In this document: piece by piece, positions 9,113-19,666 of the stretch
Position numbering within the stretch: the stretch's first letter is position 1
How the letters are laid out: the number at the start of each line of letters is the position of its first letter
Translations under genes and position numbers: made by a program
The notes under the pieces: generated by a model
Databases searched by the model: none
What the model saw: only the letters and a program-made list of their open reading frames with translations
What the model was told of the DNA's origin: nothing
From: Ignavibacteriaceae bacterium
Lineage (GTDB): Bacteria > Bacteroidota > Ignavibacteria > Ignavibacteriales > Ignavibacteriaceae
Reading direction: 5' to 3'
Assembly (NCBI GenBank): GCA_036170275.1
Contig: JAVHOU010000223.1
Span: forward strand, 12,294-76,293
DNA: 64,000 nucleotides

Positions 9113-11857
9113 TTATTGAATTACATTACCGTCGCCATCAAGATATTTTACTTCACCGTAACCTAAACTTTTAATACCATCTTCAATTTTTGATCGATCA
9201 CCAACAACAACCCAAACCAATTGATTCGGCTTAACTATTTTGCCGGCAGCTTTTTGAACTTCATCAATCGTTTGAGATTCAACTAAAGAAGCATATTTAG
9301 AGTAATAATCATCAGGTAAATTGTAAGTAACAATATCAGTAATAGAACTGCTTACAGCGTCCATAGTTTCCCACGAGCCGGGTAAACTAAGTGTTTGGTT
9401 CTCTTTATCCTTTTCAAATTCTTCTTTGGTTATAGGTTTTTCATTAATAATTCCTGCAAGCTCTTTTTGGATTTCAATCATTGATTCCTTCGTTTTGTCA
9501 GTTTGCACCGGGGCATAAATGAAAAATGGTCTTTGCGCTTTTGTATCCCAGAGTATTGAAGCTGAACCATAAGACCAATGTTTATCTTCTCTAAGATTCA
9601 TATTTATTCGGGATGTAAAAACACCGCCCAAAATATCGTTAAATGTTTTGATTGCTACCTCGTCTTCAGGATTTCTTTTGGGAGTAACATGTCCTGCGAA
9701 AATTATTGACTGTTGTGAACCTGGTCTATCCATAATATAGACAACTGAGTTTTTGTTTAGCTCCACATTAGTTACATTTTTTACAGGAACATCGCCGCTC
9801 TTCCAATCTTTAAATAACTTTTCAAGTTTTGGTTTTATTTCAGTCATTGTTACATCACCAACGATAACAAGTGTTGCATTATTTGGTTTGAACCAATCAT
9901 TTCTAAATTTAACAAGATCATCTTTTGTGATGCTGTTAACAGAACTCTCTGTGCCTGATCCTGTAAGTGGATTTCCGTACGCATGATTTTTTCCGTAAAG
10001 TAATTGCGGGAAAACTCTTAGTCCCATTTGAACAGGAGTAGCTTTTTCTCTTTGTATTGATACGAGCAGATTTTTTTTCAATCTGTTAAAATCATTTTCT
10101 GGAAATGAAGGATTTAGAATTACGTCTGCGAAAAGATCCAATGATGGATCAAGATTTGTTTTAAGTGCATTTAATGATACAACACAATAATCAAGATTTG
10201 AACCGGTTGATAGATTAGCTCCAAGTAAACTTAATTGCTCACTTATCTCTAATGAATTTAATTTTTTTGTTCCCTCATCCATCATATCCATTGTAAGTTT
10301 TGCAGTGCCAGGATTAATTTTTTGATCTGCAGCAAAACCTGCATCTATCATCAATCTAAAACTTGCAACAGGAATTGAATGTCTTTCAGCTAAAACTATC
10401 TTTAATCCGTTTGAAAGTGTTGAACGTTCAACGGAAGGAAATTTCACTTCAGGATTTTCACCAAGTGCGGGAAGTTTGGTTCTATCTGCACTTTCTGTTG
10501 ATGCTTTTAACTCAGGGAAAGGTTGAACTTCAAGAATATATACACCATCAGATAACCAATTGTTTGCAGTTTCAGTAATTTCTTTTGCGGTAGCTGATTC
10601 AACATTATTCATAGTTGTTTTATAATAATCAGGTGTGCCGCCGTAAGTCATATTACTTGCAAGAATATCAGACTTGCCTCCAAATCCGCCTATTCTTTCA
10701 ATCCCTCTGATAAAGCCTGCGAAGTATTGAGTTTTAACTCTTTGTAATTCTTTTTCGGTTGGTCCGTTTTTTAAAAGTGTTGCAAGTTCTTCATCAATCA
10801 TCTTTTCAACTTTTGGTAAATCCTGCCCGGGTTTAATTGTAACATCGATATAAAATTGTCCTGATATTTCAGCATCATCAATGTACGATGAAACATTTGT
10901 TGCAACCTGCTCATCATAAACTAATCTTTTGTATAGTCTTGAAGTTTTACCGGAAGCAAGCAAATCACTAAATAGATTTAAAAGAGTTGCTTCTTTAGTA
11001 CCCCATTGCGGTACATTCCACACTTTAAAAATTCTTGCCTGCGGAACTCTATCCTGCATAATCTGTCTGTGTGTCCCTGTCATTTTAGGAATCCAGGATT
11101 GATATTTTGCAATTGGTGGTCCGGGAGGAATATCTCCAAAATATTTTTTTACTTTTTCTAATGCGGTTTTTGGATCAATATCACCAGCAAGTGCTATAAC
11201 TGCATTTGATGGACCATAATAAGTTTTAAACCATTCTTTAACATCATCAAGTGAAGCAGCATTTAAATCTTCCATCGAACCAATTACAGTCCAGGAATAT
11301 GGATGACCTTTTGGGTAAGTGCTTTTAGTAATCAGTTCCCAAACCTTACCATAAGGTTGATCTTCACCCTGCCTTTTTTCATTCTGAACTACTCCGCGTT
11401 GTTCATCAAGAATTTCCTGAGTTACAGCTCCAAGTAAATGTCCCATTCTATCTGATTCCATCCACAAAGCTATATCGAGTGCAGAAGTCGGAACATTTTC
11501 AAAATAGTTTGTTCTATCATTATTAGTAGTTCCATTCATATCGGTGGAACCAATTTTTTCCATCTCCTGAAAGTAGTCTTCTTTATTATTTTCACTTCCA
11601 TTAAACATTAGATGCTCAAACAAGTGTGCAAAACCAGTCTTGCCTTCTTTTTCATTTTTTGATCCAACGTGATACCAGATATTTACAGCCACAATCGGGG
11701 CTTTATGATCTTCGTGAACAAGAAGAGTAAGTCCGTTATCAAGCACAAATTTTTCATATTTGATATCAATATTTTTTATTTGATCAAAGTTAGATTTTTG
11801 TGCAAGGGCGGTTATTGAAAATAGGAAGGCGAGCAAATAAATGATTTTATTATGCAT
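9113..11857 (-). CDS. M16 (pitrilysin/insulinase) family peptidase, duplicated two-unit form, secreted
   Basis: Signal peptide. HxxEH zinc motif GFAHLFEHLMFNGSE. The 914-aa length fits a fused active plus inactive M16 pair. Confidence 0.9.
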   Translation of the reverse strand: MHNKIIYLLAFLFSITALAQKSNFDQIKNIDIKYEKFVLDNGLTLLVHEDHKAPIVAVNIWYHVGSKNEKEGKTGFAHLFEHLMFNGSENNKEDYFQEMEKIGSTDMNGTTNNDRTNYFENVPTSALDIALWMESDRMGHLLGAVTQEILDEQRGVVQNEKRQGEDQPYGKVWELITKSTYPKGHPYSWTVIGSMEDLNAASLDDVKEWFKTYYGPSNAVIALAGDIDPKTALEKVKKYFGDIPPGPPIAKYQSWIPKMTGTHRQIMQDRVPQARIFKVWNVPQWGTKEATLLNLFSDLLASGKTSRLYKRLVYDEQVATNVSSYIDDAEISGQFYIDVTIKPGQDLPKVEKMIDEELATLLKNGPTEKELQRVKTQYFAGFIRGIERIGGFGGKSDILASNMTYGGTPDYYKTTMNNVESATAKEITETANNWLSDGVYILEVQPFPELKASTESADRTKLPALGENPEVKFPSVERSTLSNGLKIVLAERHSIPVASFRLMIDAGFAADQKINPGTAKLTMDMMDEGTKKLNSLEISEQLSLLGANLSTGSNLDYCVVSLNALKTNLDPSLDLFADVILNPSFPENDFNRLKKNLLVSIQREKATPVQMGLRVFPQLLYGKNHAYGNPLTGSGTESSVNSITKDDLVKFRNDWFKPNNATLVIVGDVTMTEIKPKLEKLFKDWKSGDVPVKNVTNVELNKNSVVYIMDRPGSQQSIIFAGHVTPKRNPEDEVAIKTFNDILGGVFTSRINMNLREDKHWSYGSASILWDTKAQRPFFIYAPVQTDKTKESMIEIQKELAGIINEKPITKEEFEKDKENQTLSLPGSWETMDAVSSSITDIVTYNLPDDYYSKYASLVESQTIDEVQKAAGKIVKPNQLVWVVVGDRSKIEDGIKSLGYGEVKYLDGDGNVIQ

Positions 11858-12074
11858 AATACAACCTCTTATTATTTTTAAAAAAGAAGATATAAAACTT
11901 GTCCAAAATTAGGCAGATATTCTTATTAGTTCAATTATAATTATTTAAGCGTGCAATTTATTTGTTTGAATGGTAAAGAATTTATTATTGAAGCCAATTA
12001 CGAATATGAAATTTCTTTTTATTTTTTTTAAAAAACATATCTAACTTAAACCTTTCCGCCGCAGAGGATTAAAC

Positions 12075-15000
12075 TCATTCGTACTCATCCCAGCTTTTTA
12101 TCTTTAGCTCTGATGGTTTATAATTTTTTAATGCTTTCACAAATCTTTTTGCAATCTGCACATTTGTAAATAGCGGGATATTTAAATCAACAGCTTTTCG
12201 TCTGATGATGTAATCACTGTCAAGCTCAACTTTTTCTGCAGTCTTTGGAATGTTGATGACGAGATCAATTTTACCTTCACCCATTAAGGTTAAAATGCTT
12301 GGTTCTTTTTTATCAAATGGACGATATAAAACTTCAACATCGATTTCACCATTCTCTTTATAGAATTCTGCTGTGCCTTTTGTTCCGTAAAATTTTAATC
12401 CCATTGTTTGAAGAATTTTTAATTCGTCAATCAGCTCGGCTTTATTTTTTAGTGTTCCGGTTGAAAGTAAAACTCCTTTAGTTGGTACTTTTCTTCCTAT
12501 TGCCAGACTGCTTTTTAAAAATGCTTCATTAAAATCATCACCCAAACAAGCTACCTCACCGGTTGATGACATTTCAACTCCCGTAACAGGATCGCTTCCT
12601 TTCAATCTTGTAAAAGAAAACTGAGACGCTTTTACTCCAACATAATCAAGATCGAAAGATGATTTATCAATACGCGGAACTTTTTCACCAAGCATTAATC
12701 TTGTGGCGATCTCTACAAAATTTATTTTAAGAGTTTTAGAAACAAACGGAAAACTTCTTGATGCACGTAGGTTGCATTCAATTACTTTTACTTCGTTATC
12801 TTTTGCAATAAACTGAATGTTGAATGGACCGGTTATCTCCAATTCTTTTGCTATCTCACGGGTAATCATTTTTACTCTTCGCATTGTTTCAAGATATGTC
12901 CGCTGCGGCGGAAGTACAATTGTCGCATCACCGGAATGTACGCCGGCATTTTCAACATGCTCTGCAATTGCGTAACAAAATAATTCACCTTCGGTTGCAA
13001 CTGCATCAACTTCAATTTCTCTTGCATCAGTTATAAACTTGCTTATTACAACGGGATGTTCGGTGTTAAGCTCGGTAGCTTTTTTCAGATACAACTCAAG
13101 TTCATCTTCAGTTAAAACAATACTCATCGCTGCACCGCTAAGCACATAGCTTGGTCTTATCAAAACAGGGTAACCAACATTTTGCGAAAACTGTTTTGCA
13201 TCATCAAGTGTAGTAACCTCACGCCATTCAGGTTGATCGACTCCAATCGAATCAAGTATCTTGGAAAATTTATGCCGGCTTTCTGCGTTATCAATTTGTT
13301 CGGGAGAAGTTCCAACAATTTTTATTCCTGCTCTATGCAGTTTCATCGAAAGATTGTTTGGCACCTGTCCGCCCATTGAAACAATAACTCCGGCAGGATT
13401 TTCTTTATCACAAATATCAAGCACGCGTTCAAGAGTTAACTGCTCGAAGTAAAGTTTATCACAAATATCATAATCAGTGCTCACTGTTTCCGGATTGCAA
13501 TTTATCATAATTGATTTGAAACCGCTCTTGTTAACCTGCATTGCTGCATTTACACAGCACCAATCAAACTCAACAGAAGAACCAATGCGATATGGTCCGC
13601 TGCCCAAAACGATTATTTGATTCTTCTCTCCAAGTTGAATATCATCTTCAATTCCGTGATAAGTTAAGTAGAGATAATTTGTTTGCGCAGGAAATTCTGC
13701 CGCCATCGTATCAATCTGTTTTACAACAGGAATTACTTTTAATGACTTGCGATAATTTCTGACAGTCATTTCATCACTGTTTACAAGCTGTGATATTTGT
13801 AAATCAGAAAAACCATTTTGCTTTGCTTCTCTCAGTAGTTCTGCATTCAAACCTTCGAGGTTTTTAAAATCTCGAAGGTTTTTTTCAATATCAACAATAT
13901 TTTTCATCTTAAACAAAAACCATTTTGTAATTTTTGTAAGCTGATGAATCTTATCAACAGAGTAGCCTTGCTTTAGCGCTTCAGCAATTACAAAAATTCT
14001 TTTATCAGTTGGTTTGCTTAATTCTTTATCGAGATTATTAAATTGTAAATCGTTACCAACAAATCCTTTCATTCCAACATCAAGCATGCGAATTGCTTTT
14101 TGAAGTACTTCTTCAAAACTTCTTCCCAACGACATCACTTCACCAACGGATTTCATTTCAGAACCAAGCTGTGTACTAACTTGCTGAAACTTTTGCAAAT
14201 CCCATCGTGGAAATTTCAGTGCAACATAATCAAGTGCCGGCTCAAAGTTAGCAGATGTTTCCTGTGTGATTGCATTTACTACTTCGTTAAGTGCATAACC
14301 AAGTGCAAGCTTTGTCGCGATGAATGCAAGCGGATATCCAGTTGCTTTGGATGCAAGTGCAGAGCTTCGGCTGAGTCGTGCATTTACTTCTATGATTCTA
14401 TAATCTTCTGAGTTTGGATCAAGCGCATACTGGATGTTACACTCGCCAATAATTCCAAGATGACGAATAAGTTTTATTCCAATAGAACGAAGTTTAAAAT
14501 TTTCTTTTGCAGAAAGAGTTTGAACAGGAGCAATTACAACGCTGTCACCAGTGTGGATGCCCATCGGATCAATGTTTTCCATTGAGCAAATTGTAATGCA
14601 GTTATCATAATTATCACGAACAATTTCGTACTCAACTTCTTTCCATCCGTACAAAGATTCTTCAATCAAAATTTGTTTCGTAAAAGAAAATGCTCGCTTT
14701 GCTTTTTCAATTAATTCTTCTTTGTTGTTTACAATTCCAGAACCAAGTCCGCCAAGAGCATAAGCAATACGAACCATTACAGGAAAATTAATTTCCTCGG
14801 CAGCTTTAATTGCTTCTTCAACATTTGTTGCAGTTTTACTTCTTGCAACTTTTAATCCAACTTCTGCAACACGGTCACCAAACAATAATCTGTCTTCAGT
14901 ATCTTTAATTGTTTCAATAGATGTTCCGAGAACTTTTATATTATGCTTGTCAAGAATTCCATTATCATACAGTTCAACACCAACATTAAGAGCAGTTTGC

Positions 15001-15275
15001 CCGCCGAATTGAAGAAGGATGCTGTCAGGTTTTTCTTTTTCAATTACTCGTTCAACAAAATCGGTTTTGATTGGAATGAAATAAACTTTATCAGCAAAGT
15101 TTTCTGATGTTTGAATCGTTGCAATGTTTGGATTTACAAGTACAGTTGTAATTCCATCTTCCTTAAGTGCTTTAATTGCCTGCGAACCTGAGTAATCAAA
15201 CTCTCCCGCTTGTCCAATTTGCAAAGCACCACTCCCAAGTATTAAAACTTTTTTTGGTTTGCCTTTTTTGATCAT
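12075..15275 (-). CDS. carB: carbamoyl-phosphate synthase large subunit
   Basis: KKVLILGSGALQIGQAGEFDYSGSQA start, a second ATP-grasp half (VLGSGPYRIGSSVEFDWC), 1066 aa. Confidence 0.95.
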   Translation of the reverse strand: MIKKGKPKKVLILGSGALQIGQAGEFDYSGSQAIKALKEDGITTVLVNPNIATIQTSENFADKVYFIPIKTDFVERVIEKEKPDSILLQFGGQTALNVGVELYDNGILDKHNIKVLGTSIETIKDTEDRLLFGDRVAEVGLKVARSKTATNVEEAIKAAEEINFPVMVRIAYALGGLGSGIVNNKEELIEKAKRAFSFTKQILIEESLYGWKEVEYEIVRDNYDNCITICSMENIDPMGIHTGDSVVIAPVQTLSAKENFKLRSIGIKLIRHLGIIGECNIQYALDPNSEDYRIIEVNARLSRSSALASKATGYPLAFIATKLALGYALNEVVNAITQETSANFEPALDYVALKFPRWDLQKFQQVSTQLGSEMKSVGEVMSLGRSFEEVLQKAIRMLDVGMKGFVGNDLQFNNLDKELSKPTDKRIFVIAEALKQGYSVDKIHQLTKITKWFLFKMKNIVDIEKNLRDFKNLEGLNAELLREAKQNGFSDLQISQLVNSDEMTVRNYRKSLKVIPVVKQIDTMAAEFPAQTNYLYLTYHGIEDDIQLGEKNQIIVLGSGPYRIGSSVEFDWCCVNAAMQVNKSGFKSIMINCNPETVSTDYDICDKLYFEQLTLERVLDICDKENPAGVIVSMGGQVPNNLSMKLHRAGIKIVGTSPEQIDNAESRHKFSKILDSIGVDQPEWREVTTLDDAKQFSQNVGYPVLIRPSYVLSGAAMSIVLTEDELELYLKKATELNTEHPVVISKFITDAREIEVDAVATEGELFCYAIAEHVENAGVHSGDATIVLPPQRTYLETMRRVKMITREIAKELEITGPFNIQFIAKDNEVKVIECNLRASRSFPFVSKTLKINFVEIATRLMLGEKVPRIDKSSFDLDYVGVKASQFSFTRLKGSDPVTGVEMSSTGEVACLGDDFNEAFLKSSLAIGRKVPTKGVLLSTGTLKNKAELIDELKILQTMGLKFYGTKGTAEFYKENGEIDVEVLYRPFDKKEPSILTLMGEGKIDLVINIPKTAEKVELDSDYIIRRKAVDLNIPLFTNVQIAKRFVKALKNYKPSELKIKSWDEYE

Positions 15276-15401
15276 ATTATCTCTTTAATAAATCTGAATT
15301 CATAATTCGTTAATCATTAATCTTAAATTATAGTTATTCTCTGATTTAAGAATACAGATTAGCGATTTAAGATTTTTGATCTTCTTTGTCTTTACTCTGA
15401 G

Positions 15402-15448
15402 CCTCCCCTTAGGGGAGGTTTGTGGGGCTTCCTAATGCCCTCACAAAC
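15402..15448. repeat. two adjacent hairpins overlapping the carA 3' end; the carA stop codon sits in the first loop
   Basis: cctcccc-tta-ggggagg (15402..18; tta is the complement of the TAA stop) and gtttgtgggg ... ccctcacaaac (15418..48). Confidence 0.6.
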
Positions 15449-16503
15449 ATATCAAATATAAATTCGCAATCATCTGGACCTGGTGATGCTTCCGGATGAA
15501 ACTGCGATGCAAAAAATGGTTTTGATATGTGAATTATTCCTTCATTCGTTCCGTCGTTATCGTTTACAAACCATTCACGCCAATCTTGAGCTAAAGTTTT
15601 TGCATCAACTGCGTAGCCATGATTTTGCGAAGTGATGTGGCAGCGTTTTGTCCCAAGTTCATTACACGGTTGATTGTGCCCGCGATGTCCGTATTTTAAC
15701 TTGTATGTGTCCGCACCAGCAGCAAGTGCAAGTATCTGCGAGCCGAGACAAATTCCAAGAATTGGTTTATTAGATTGCATTGCAATTTTTGTGTGTTCGA
15801 TAGTTTGTGTATTTAGTTTTGGATCGCCGGGACCATTTGAAATTACGATTCCATTAGCTTCTATCTTTGTAAAATCATAATCGTAGGGCACGCGGATGAT
15901 GGAAATATTTCTTCCCAGAAAAGCTCGAATTATATTATTCTTTGTCCCGCAATCAACAAGAACAATTTTTTGTTTGCCTGCTTTGTATTCAACAACCTCT
16001 TTTACACTTACTTGTTCAACAAGATTTGTTTTATTCGGATCTTCAAAATCTATATTAGAGTTTTCATCAACAACAATTTTTCCAAGCATCGTTCCTTTAT
16101 CACGAAGTTTTCTTGTGAGCATTCTTGTATCAATTCCATAAATACCAGGAATCTTTTCCTCAATCATCCAATCAGATAAAGAACGTTTTGCACTCCAGTG
16201 CGAATATTCAAATGAATAATCAGTAACAATTAAAGCTCGGCAATGAATGTTATCAGATTCAAAATTTTTAAACATTCCATTTTCTTTTTCTTTGGATGGA
16301 ACTCCGTAATTGCCGATAAGCGGGTAAGTACAAACAAGTATTTGTCCACGATAGGAAGGATCAGTCATTGTTTCCGGGTAGCCAACCATTCCGGTATTGA
16401 AAACAACTTCTCCGTTTGTGTTTCCTTTATAACCAAAATTATAACCGGCAAATTCGCTTCCGTCTTCAAGGATTAGTTTGGCATTTATTTTTTGTTTATT
16501 CAT
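15409..16503 (-). CDS. carA: carbamoyl-phosphate synthase small (glutamine amidotransferase) subunit
   Basis: GICLGSQILALAAG catalytic Cys region, YGHRGHNQP, FHPEASPGP. Confidence 0.95.
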   Translation of the reverse strand: MNKQKINAKLILEDGSEFAGYNFGYKGNTNGEVVFNTGMVGYPETMTDPSYRGQILVCTYPLIGNYGVPSKEKENGMFKNFESDNIHCRALIVTDYSFEYSHWSAKRSLSDWMIEEKIPGIYGIDTRMLTRKLRDKGTMLGKIVVDENSNIDFEDPNKTNLVEQVSVKEVVEYKAGKQKIVLVDCGTKNNIIRAFLGRNISIIRVPYDYDFTKIEANGIVISNGPGDPKLNTQTIEHTKIAMQSNKPILGICLGSQILALAAGADTYKLKYGHRGHNQPCNELGTKRCHITSQNHGYAVDAKTLAQDWREWFVNDNDGTNEGIIHISKPFFASQFHPEASPGPDDCEFIFDMFVRALGSPTNLP

Positions 16504-16524
16504 AATAAATCAGGTGCTTTCAGA

Positions 16525-16555
16525 TAAAAAAATAGCCACTCGCTGAGTGGCTATT
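16525..16555 (-). promoter_or_regulatory. intrinsic-terminator-like hairpin in the carA leader (candidate attenuator)
   Basis: Minus sense: AATAGCCACT-CAGCG-AGTGGCTATT followed by TTTTTTA. It ends 21 nt before the carA ATG. No minus-strand gene lies upstream for it to terminate. Confidence 0.4.
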
Positions 16556-16883
16556 AATAATAGACTTTTGGAAATTTTAAGGTGGTTATCAAATACTTTA
16601 TTATTCTGGATCAATTCTTTTTGGTTGTTTTTATAAACAAATATAAACCAAAACTATATTCTAGACAAATAATTTTTTTGGCTGGTAGAAAAATTAAGGG
16701 ATTTAAAGTCAGTAAATCTTTAATTTGAAATTGATAATCTTATTTCTGATTTTTGCATGTAAATTACAAACGTAGTAGTGGTATCCTAATTCTAATTGAA
16801 ATATTTTCTTTCCATTATCATCTATTCCTATCGAGGAAGCATCTTTTTATAATTAATTATTTAATAAACTAAAATCAATCCTT

Positions 16884-18248
16884 ATGGCAATTAATAAAAA
16901 ACCAAACCATGTAAAAAAAGCCCCCAAAACTTTTATACTTGATACAAATGTAATCCTTCACGATGCGGATTCGATTAAGATGTTTCAGGAAAATGATGTT
17001 ATTGTTCCACTTGCAGTAATTGAAGAGTTGGATCATTTTAAACGCGGTAGCCAGGTTATAAACTTAAATGCCCGTGAGTTTGCCCGAACACTCGATTCAA
17101 TGACAGGATCGGCTTTGTTTAATGGTGGAATTTCTATGGGCAAGGGAAGAGGCAAATTAAGAATTGCAATTTCCAAAGGATTAGCACCCGCTATTCGCGA
17201 TGCGTTCAGAGATGATACTCCAGATCATCGTGTTTTAAGTGTTGCGTATGAATGGCATGCAAAACTTGAAGGAAAGTCTCAGGTTATTCTTGTAACGAAA
17301 GATGTTAACCTGAGGATGAAAGCCAAAGCTCTTGGTATTCTTGCGGAAGATTATACAACGGATAGAGTAAAAAGTATTGAGGAACTTTACAGCGGTAAAG
17401 GTATCGTTGAAAATGTTGATGATGATTTATTGATAAAACTTTTTCAGCCTCCTTATCAAGTTCCAGCTAAACCATACTTAAAAAAACTTAATGGTGAGGC
17501 ATTTCCAAATAAATATTACATTTTAAGGAACTCAAATCGTTCGGTGCTAGCTCATCTTGATCAGAATAAAGAATTTATAATTAAAGTTGATAAAACAAAT
17601 ATATATGGAATTAACCCACGCAATGCCGAACAAACTTTTGCGGTTAACGCATTGATAAATCCTGCAATTCAGCTTGTTTCTATGACGGGAAAAGCTGGAA
17701 CGGGTAAAACACTTTTGGCTTTGGCTGGTGCTTTGGCTGTTAAAAAACATTATCGTCAGATTTTTGTTGCAAGACCAATTGTTCCATTAAGCAATAAAGA
17801 TATCGGATATCTTCCCGGTGATGTGGAAAGTAAACTTGCTCCTTATATGCAGCCGCTGTGGGATAATCTAAAAGTCATTCAGGATCAGTTTCCGGAAAAT
17901 GATAAACAACATACAGCAATTGATACAATGATTAAAGATGAAAAGCTTGTCATTGAAGCTTTATCATATATTCGTGGTAGAAGTTTGCAAAGAATATTTT
18001 TTATTGTTGATGAAGCACAAAATCTTACTCCGCACGAAATAAAAACAATTATTACGCGTGCCGGCGAAGGAGCCAAAGTGGTTTTTACAGGAGATATTTA
18101 TCAAATAGATCATCCCTATCTTGATGGACAATCAAACGGACTTTCATATCTTATTGATAAATTTAAAGGACAAAAACTTTATGCGCATATTAATCTTGAA
18201 AAAGGCGAACGATCAGAGTTGGCAGAGTTAGCAAGTAATCTTTTATAA
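16884..18248 (+). CDS. PhoH2-type protein: N-terminal PIN domain fused to a PhoH-like ATPase
   Basis: PIN start FILDTNVILHD...PLAVIEELD. Walker A MTGKAGTGKT. FIVDEAQN Walker B. Confidence 0.9.
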   Translation: MAINKKPNHVKKAPKTFILDTNVILHDADSIKMFQENDVIVPLAVIEELDHFKRGSQVINLNAREFARTLDSMTGSALFNGGISMGKGRGKLRIAISKGLAPAIRDAFRDDTPDHRVLSVAYEWHAKLEGKSQVILVTKDVNLRMKAKALGILAEDYTTDRVKSIEELYSGKGIVENVDDDLLIKLFQPPYQVPAKPYLKKLNGEAFPNKYYILRNSNRSVLAHLDQNKEFIIKVDKTNIYGINPRNAEQTFAVNALINPAIQLVSMTGKAGTGKTLLALAGALAVKKHYRQIFVARPIVPLSNKDIGYLPGDVESKLAPYMQPLWDNLKVIQDQFPENDKQHTAIDTMIKDEKLVIEALSYIRGRSLQRIFFIVDEAQNLTPHEIKTIITRAGEGAKVVFTGDIYQIDHPYLDGQSNGLSYLIDKFKGQKLYAHINLEKGERSELAELASNLL

Positions 18249-18265
18249 AATTAAAAAGGTTGGCA

Positions 18266-19087
18266 ATGAATAAAATTAAACTTTTCATATTAGCAGTACT
18301 TTTCTCAGAATTGTTTTCAGGATGTCTTCAAGTAAACACAAAAGTTAATCTTAATCAGGATGGTTCGGGTACTCTTGAAGAAACTTTTCTAATGAAGAAT
18401 AGCGTTATTGATATGCTGAAAGAGTTTGTAATAGCCTTTGATTCTACAAAAGGTCAAGACTTTAATATTTTCAATGAAAAAGAACTTAAAGCAAAAGAAT
18501 CAAATTATGGTGAAGATGTTAAATTTGTTTCCGGTGAAAAATTATTAAATAACGACTACGAGGGATTTAAAGTAATTTATTCTTTTAAGGATATTAATAA
18601 AGTAAAGATTAATCCCAGTCCCGAAAATCAAGTTCCATTTGGAGATGAATTGGGGCAGACTCAGAATAAAACGACAGATGATATTTTGAAATTTGAATTC
18701 AAAAAAGGTAATCCATCAACACTAGTAATAAATTTTCCTAAACCGCAATTGGAAGATGAATCCAAGACTGGAAATGATTCAACTGAAATTCAGGATTCCG
18801 TTGCAAGCGAAGCTGATATGCAAAAGTTGATTGATATGTTTGATGGAATGAAAATGTCATTATCATTCAATTTTGACAAACCGATAAAGGAAACAGATGC
18901 TGTTTACGTTAATGGTTCAGAGGTTACACTTATGGAAATAGATTTTGCTGAAATAATAAAACACAAAGATATTCTAGAAAAATTACAAAAGAGCAAACCT
19001 CAAACGATAGAACAGTTTAAAGAAGTTGTAGGTGAGCTGCCCGGTATTAAAATTGAATTTAAGGATAAGGTTACTGTAAAGTTTTAG
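18266..19087 (+). CDS. lipoprotein, unknown function
   Basis: Signal plus lipobox LFSELFSGC. ATG 18266 preferred over the TTG at 18260. Confidence 0.6.
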   Translation: MNKIKLFILAVLFSELFSGCLQVNTKVNLNQDGSGTLEETFLMKNSVIDMLKEFVIAFDSTKGQDFNIFNEKELKAKESNYGEDVKFVSGEKLLNNDYEGFKVIYSFKDINKVKINPSPENQVPFGDELGQTQNKTTDDILKFEFKKGNPSTLVINFPKPQLEDESKTGNDSTEIQDSVASEADMQKLIDMFDGMKMSLSFNFDKPIKETDAVYVNGSEVTLMEIDFAEIIKHKDILEKLQKSKPQTIEQFKEVVGELPGIKIEFKDKVTVKF

Positions 19088-19162
19088 AAAAATATTTAAT
19101 CAAAGATAGACTATCATTTTGTTACGCTTAGATAAATTTATAAAAAGATATCTAAAAAAATT

Positions 19163-19666
19163 ATGGAAACATTTACTTACTCAGTTTTCTGGAAATTTAT
19201 TTACCGATACGGCAACTTTGTAATTACTCCTTTGCTGCTTTTATATATTTTACCAATCGCATTAAACTTAGATAAAAACTTAATTTTAATTGTTCCTTTT
19301 ATTATTGCGCTTTTTCTTTTTTATTACATCAACAAAGCATACTTTAATTTTTATAAGCTCGTTCCAAATAAGATTGAAATAGATGATGAAAAAATTATTT
19401 GCTCGGAATTTCTTTTCAAAGATAAAATGGTTATGATTTTATTTGAAGATATTAAATCACTATCCGGTGGAATATTTAATGGGCGATTTCGTGGATTGAT
19501 GAAAGTTTGCGATGGAAAAAATAAAATCTGCATCGGATTTTTTGATAGGATTAATAATTCAACAAAACTTATTACCATAATTCTTAGCAAAGTTGATAAA
19601 ACAATTTATGATCAAACTATTAAAAATATTCAATCGTTAAAAATTAAACCGGAATTGAAAAAATAA
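19163..19666 (+). CDS. membrane protein (2 TM plus a small soluble domain), unknown function
   Basis: Two hydrophobic helices. The stop codon abuts the mnmA ATG, suggesting translational coupling. Confidence 0.5.
   Translation: METFTYSVFWKFIYRYGNFVITPLLLLYILPIALNLDKNLILIVPFIIALFLFYYINKAYFNFYKLVPNKIEIDDEKIICSEFLFKDKMVMILFEDIKSLSGGIFNGRFRGLMKVCDGKNKICIGFFDRINNSTKLITIILSKVDKTIYDQTIKNIQSLKIKPELKK

Noticed and set aside
12299-16476. Many 60-103-aa ORFs antisense to or out of frame within carB and carA (for example 14100..14411 and 15896..16141)
   Set aside because: They lie entirely inside confidently identified genes and have low-complexity translations. The same applies to the shadow ORFs inside ychF, trpB2, M16, the MFS transporter, M14, pepP, lgt, topA, the T9SS protein, the sigma-54 activator, arsM (61743..62204) and others.
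16504-16883. PyrR-type binding loop or known riboswitch in the carA leader
   Set aside because: I could not find the conserved PyrR box (UCCAGAGAGG-like) or any riboswitch core I recognise. Only the terminator-like hairpin is reported.
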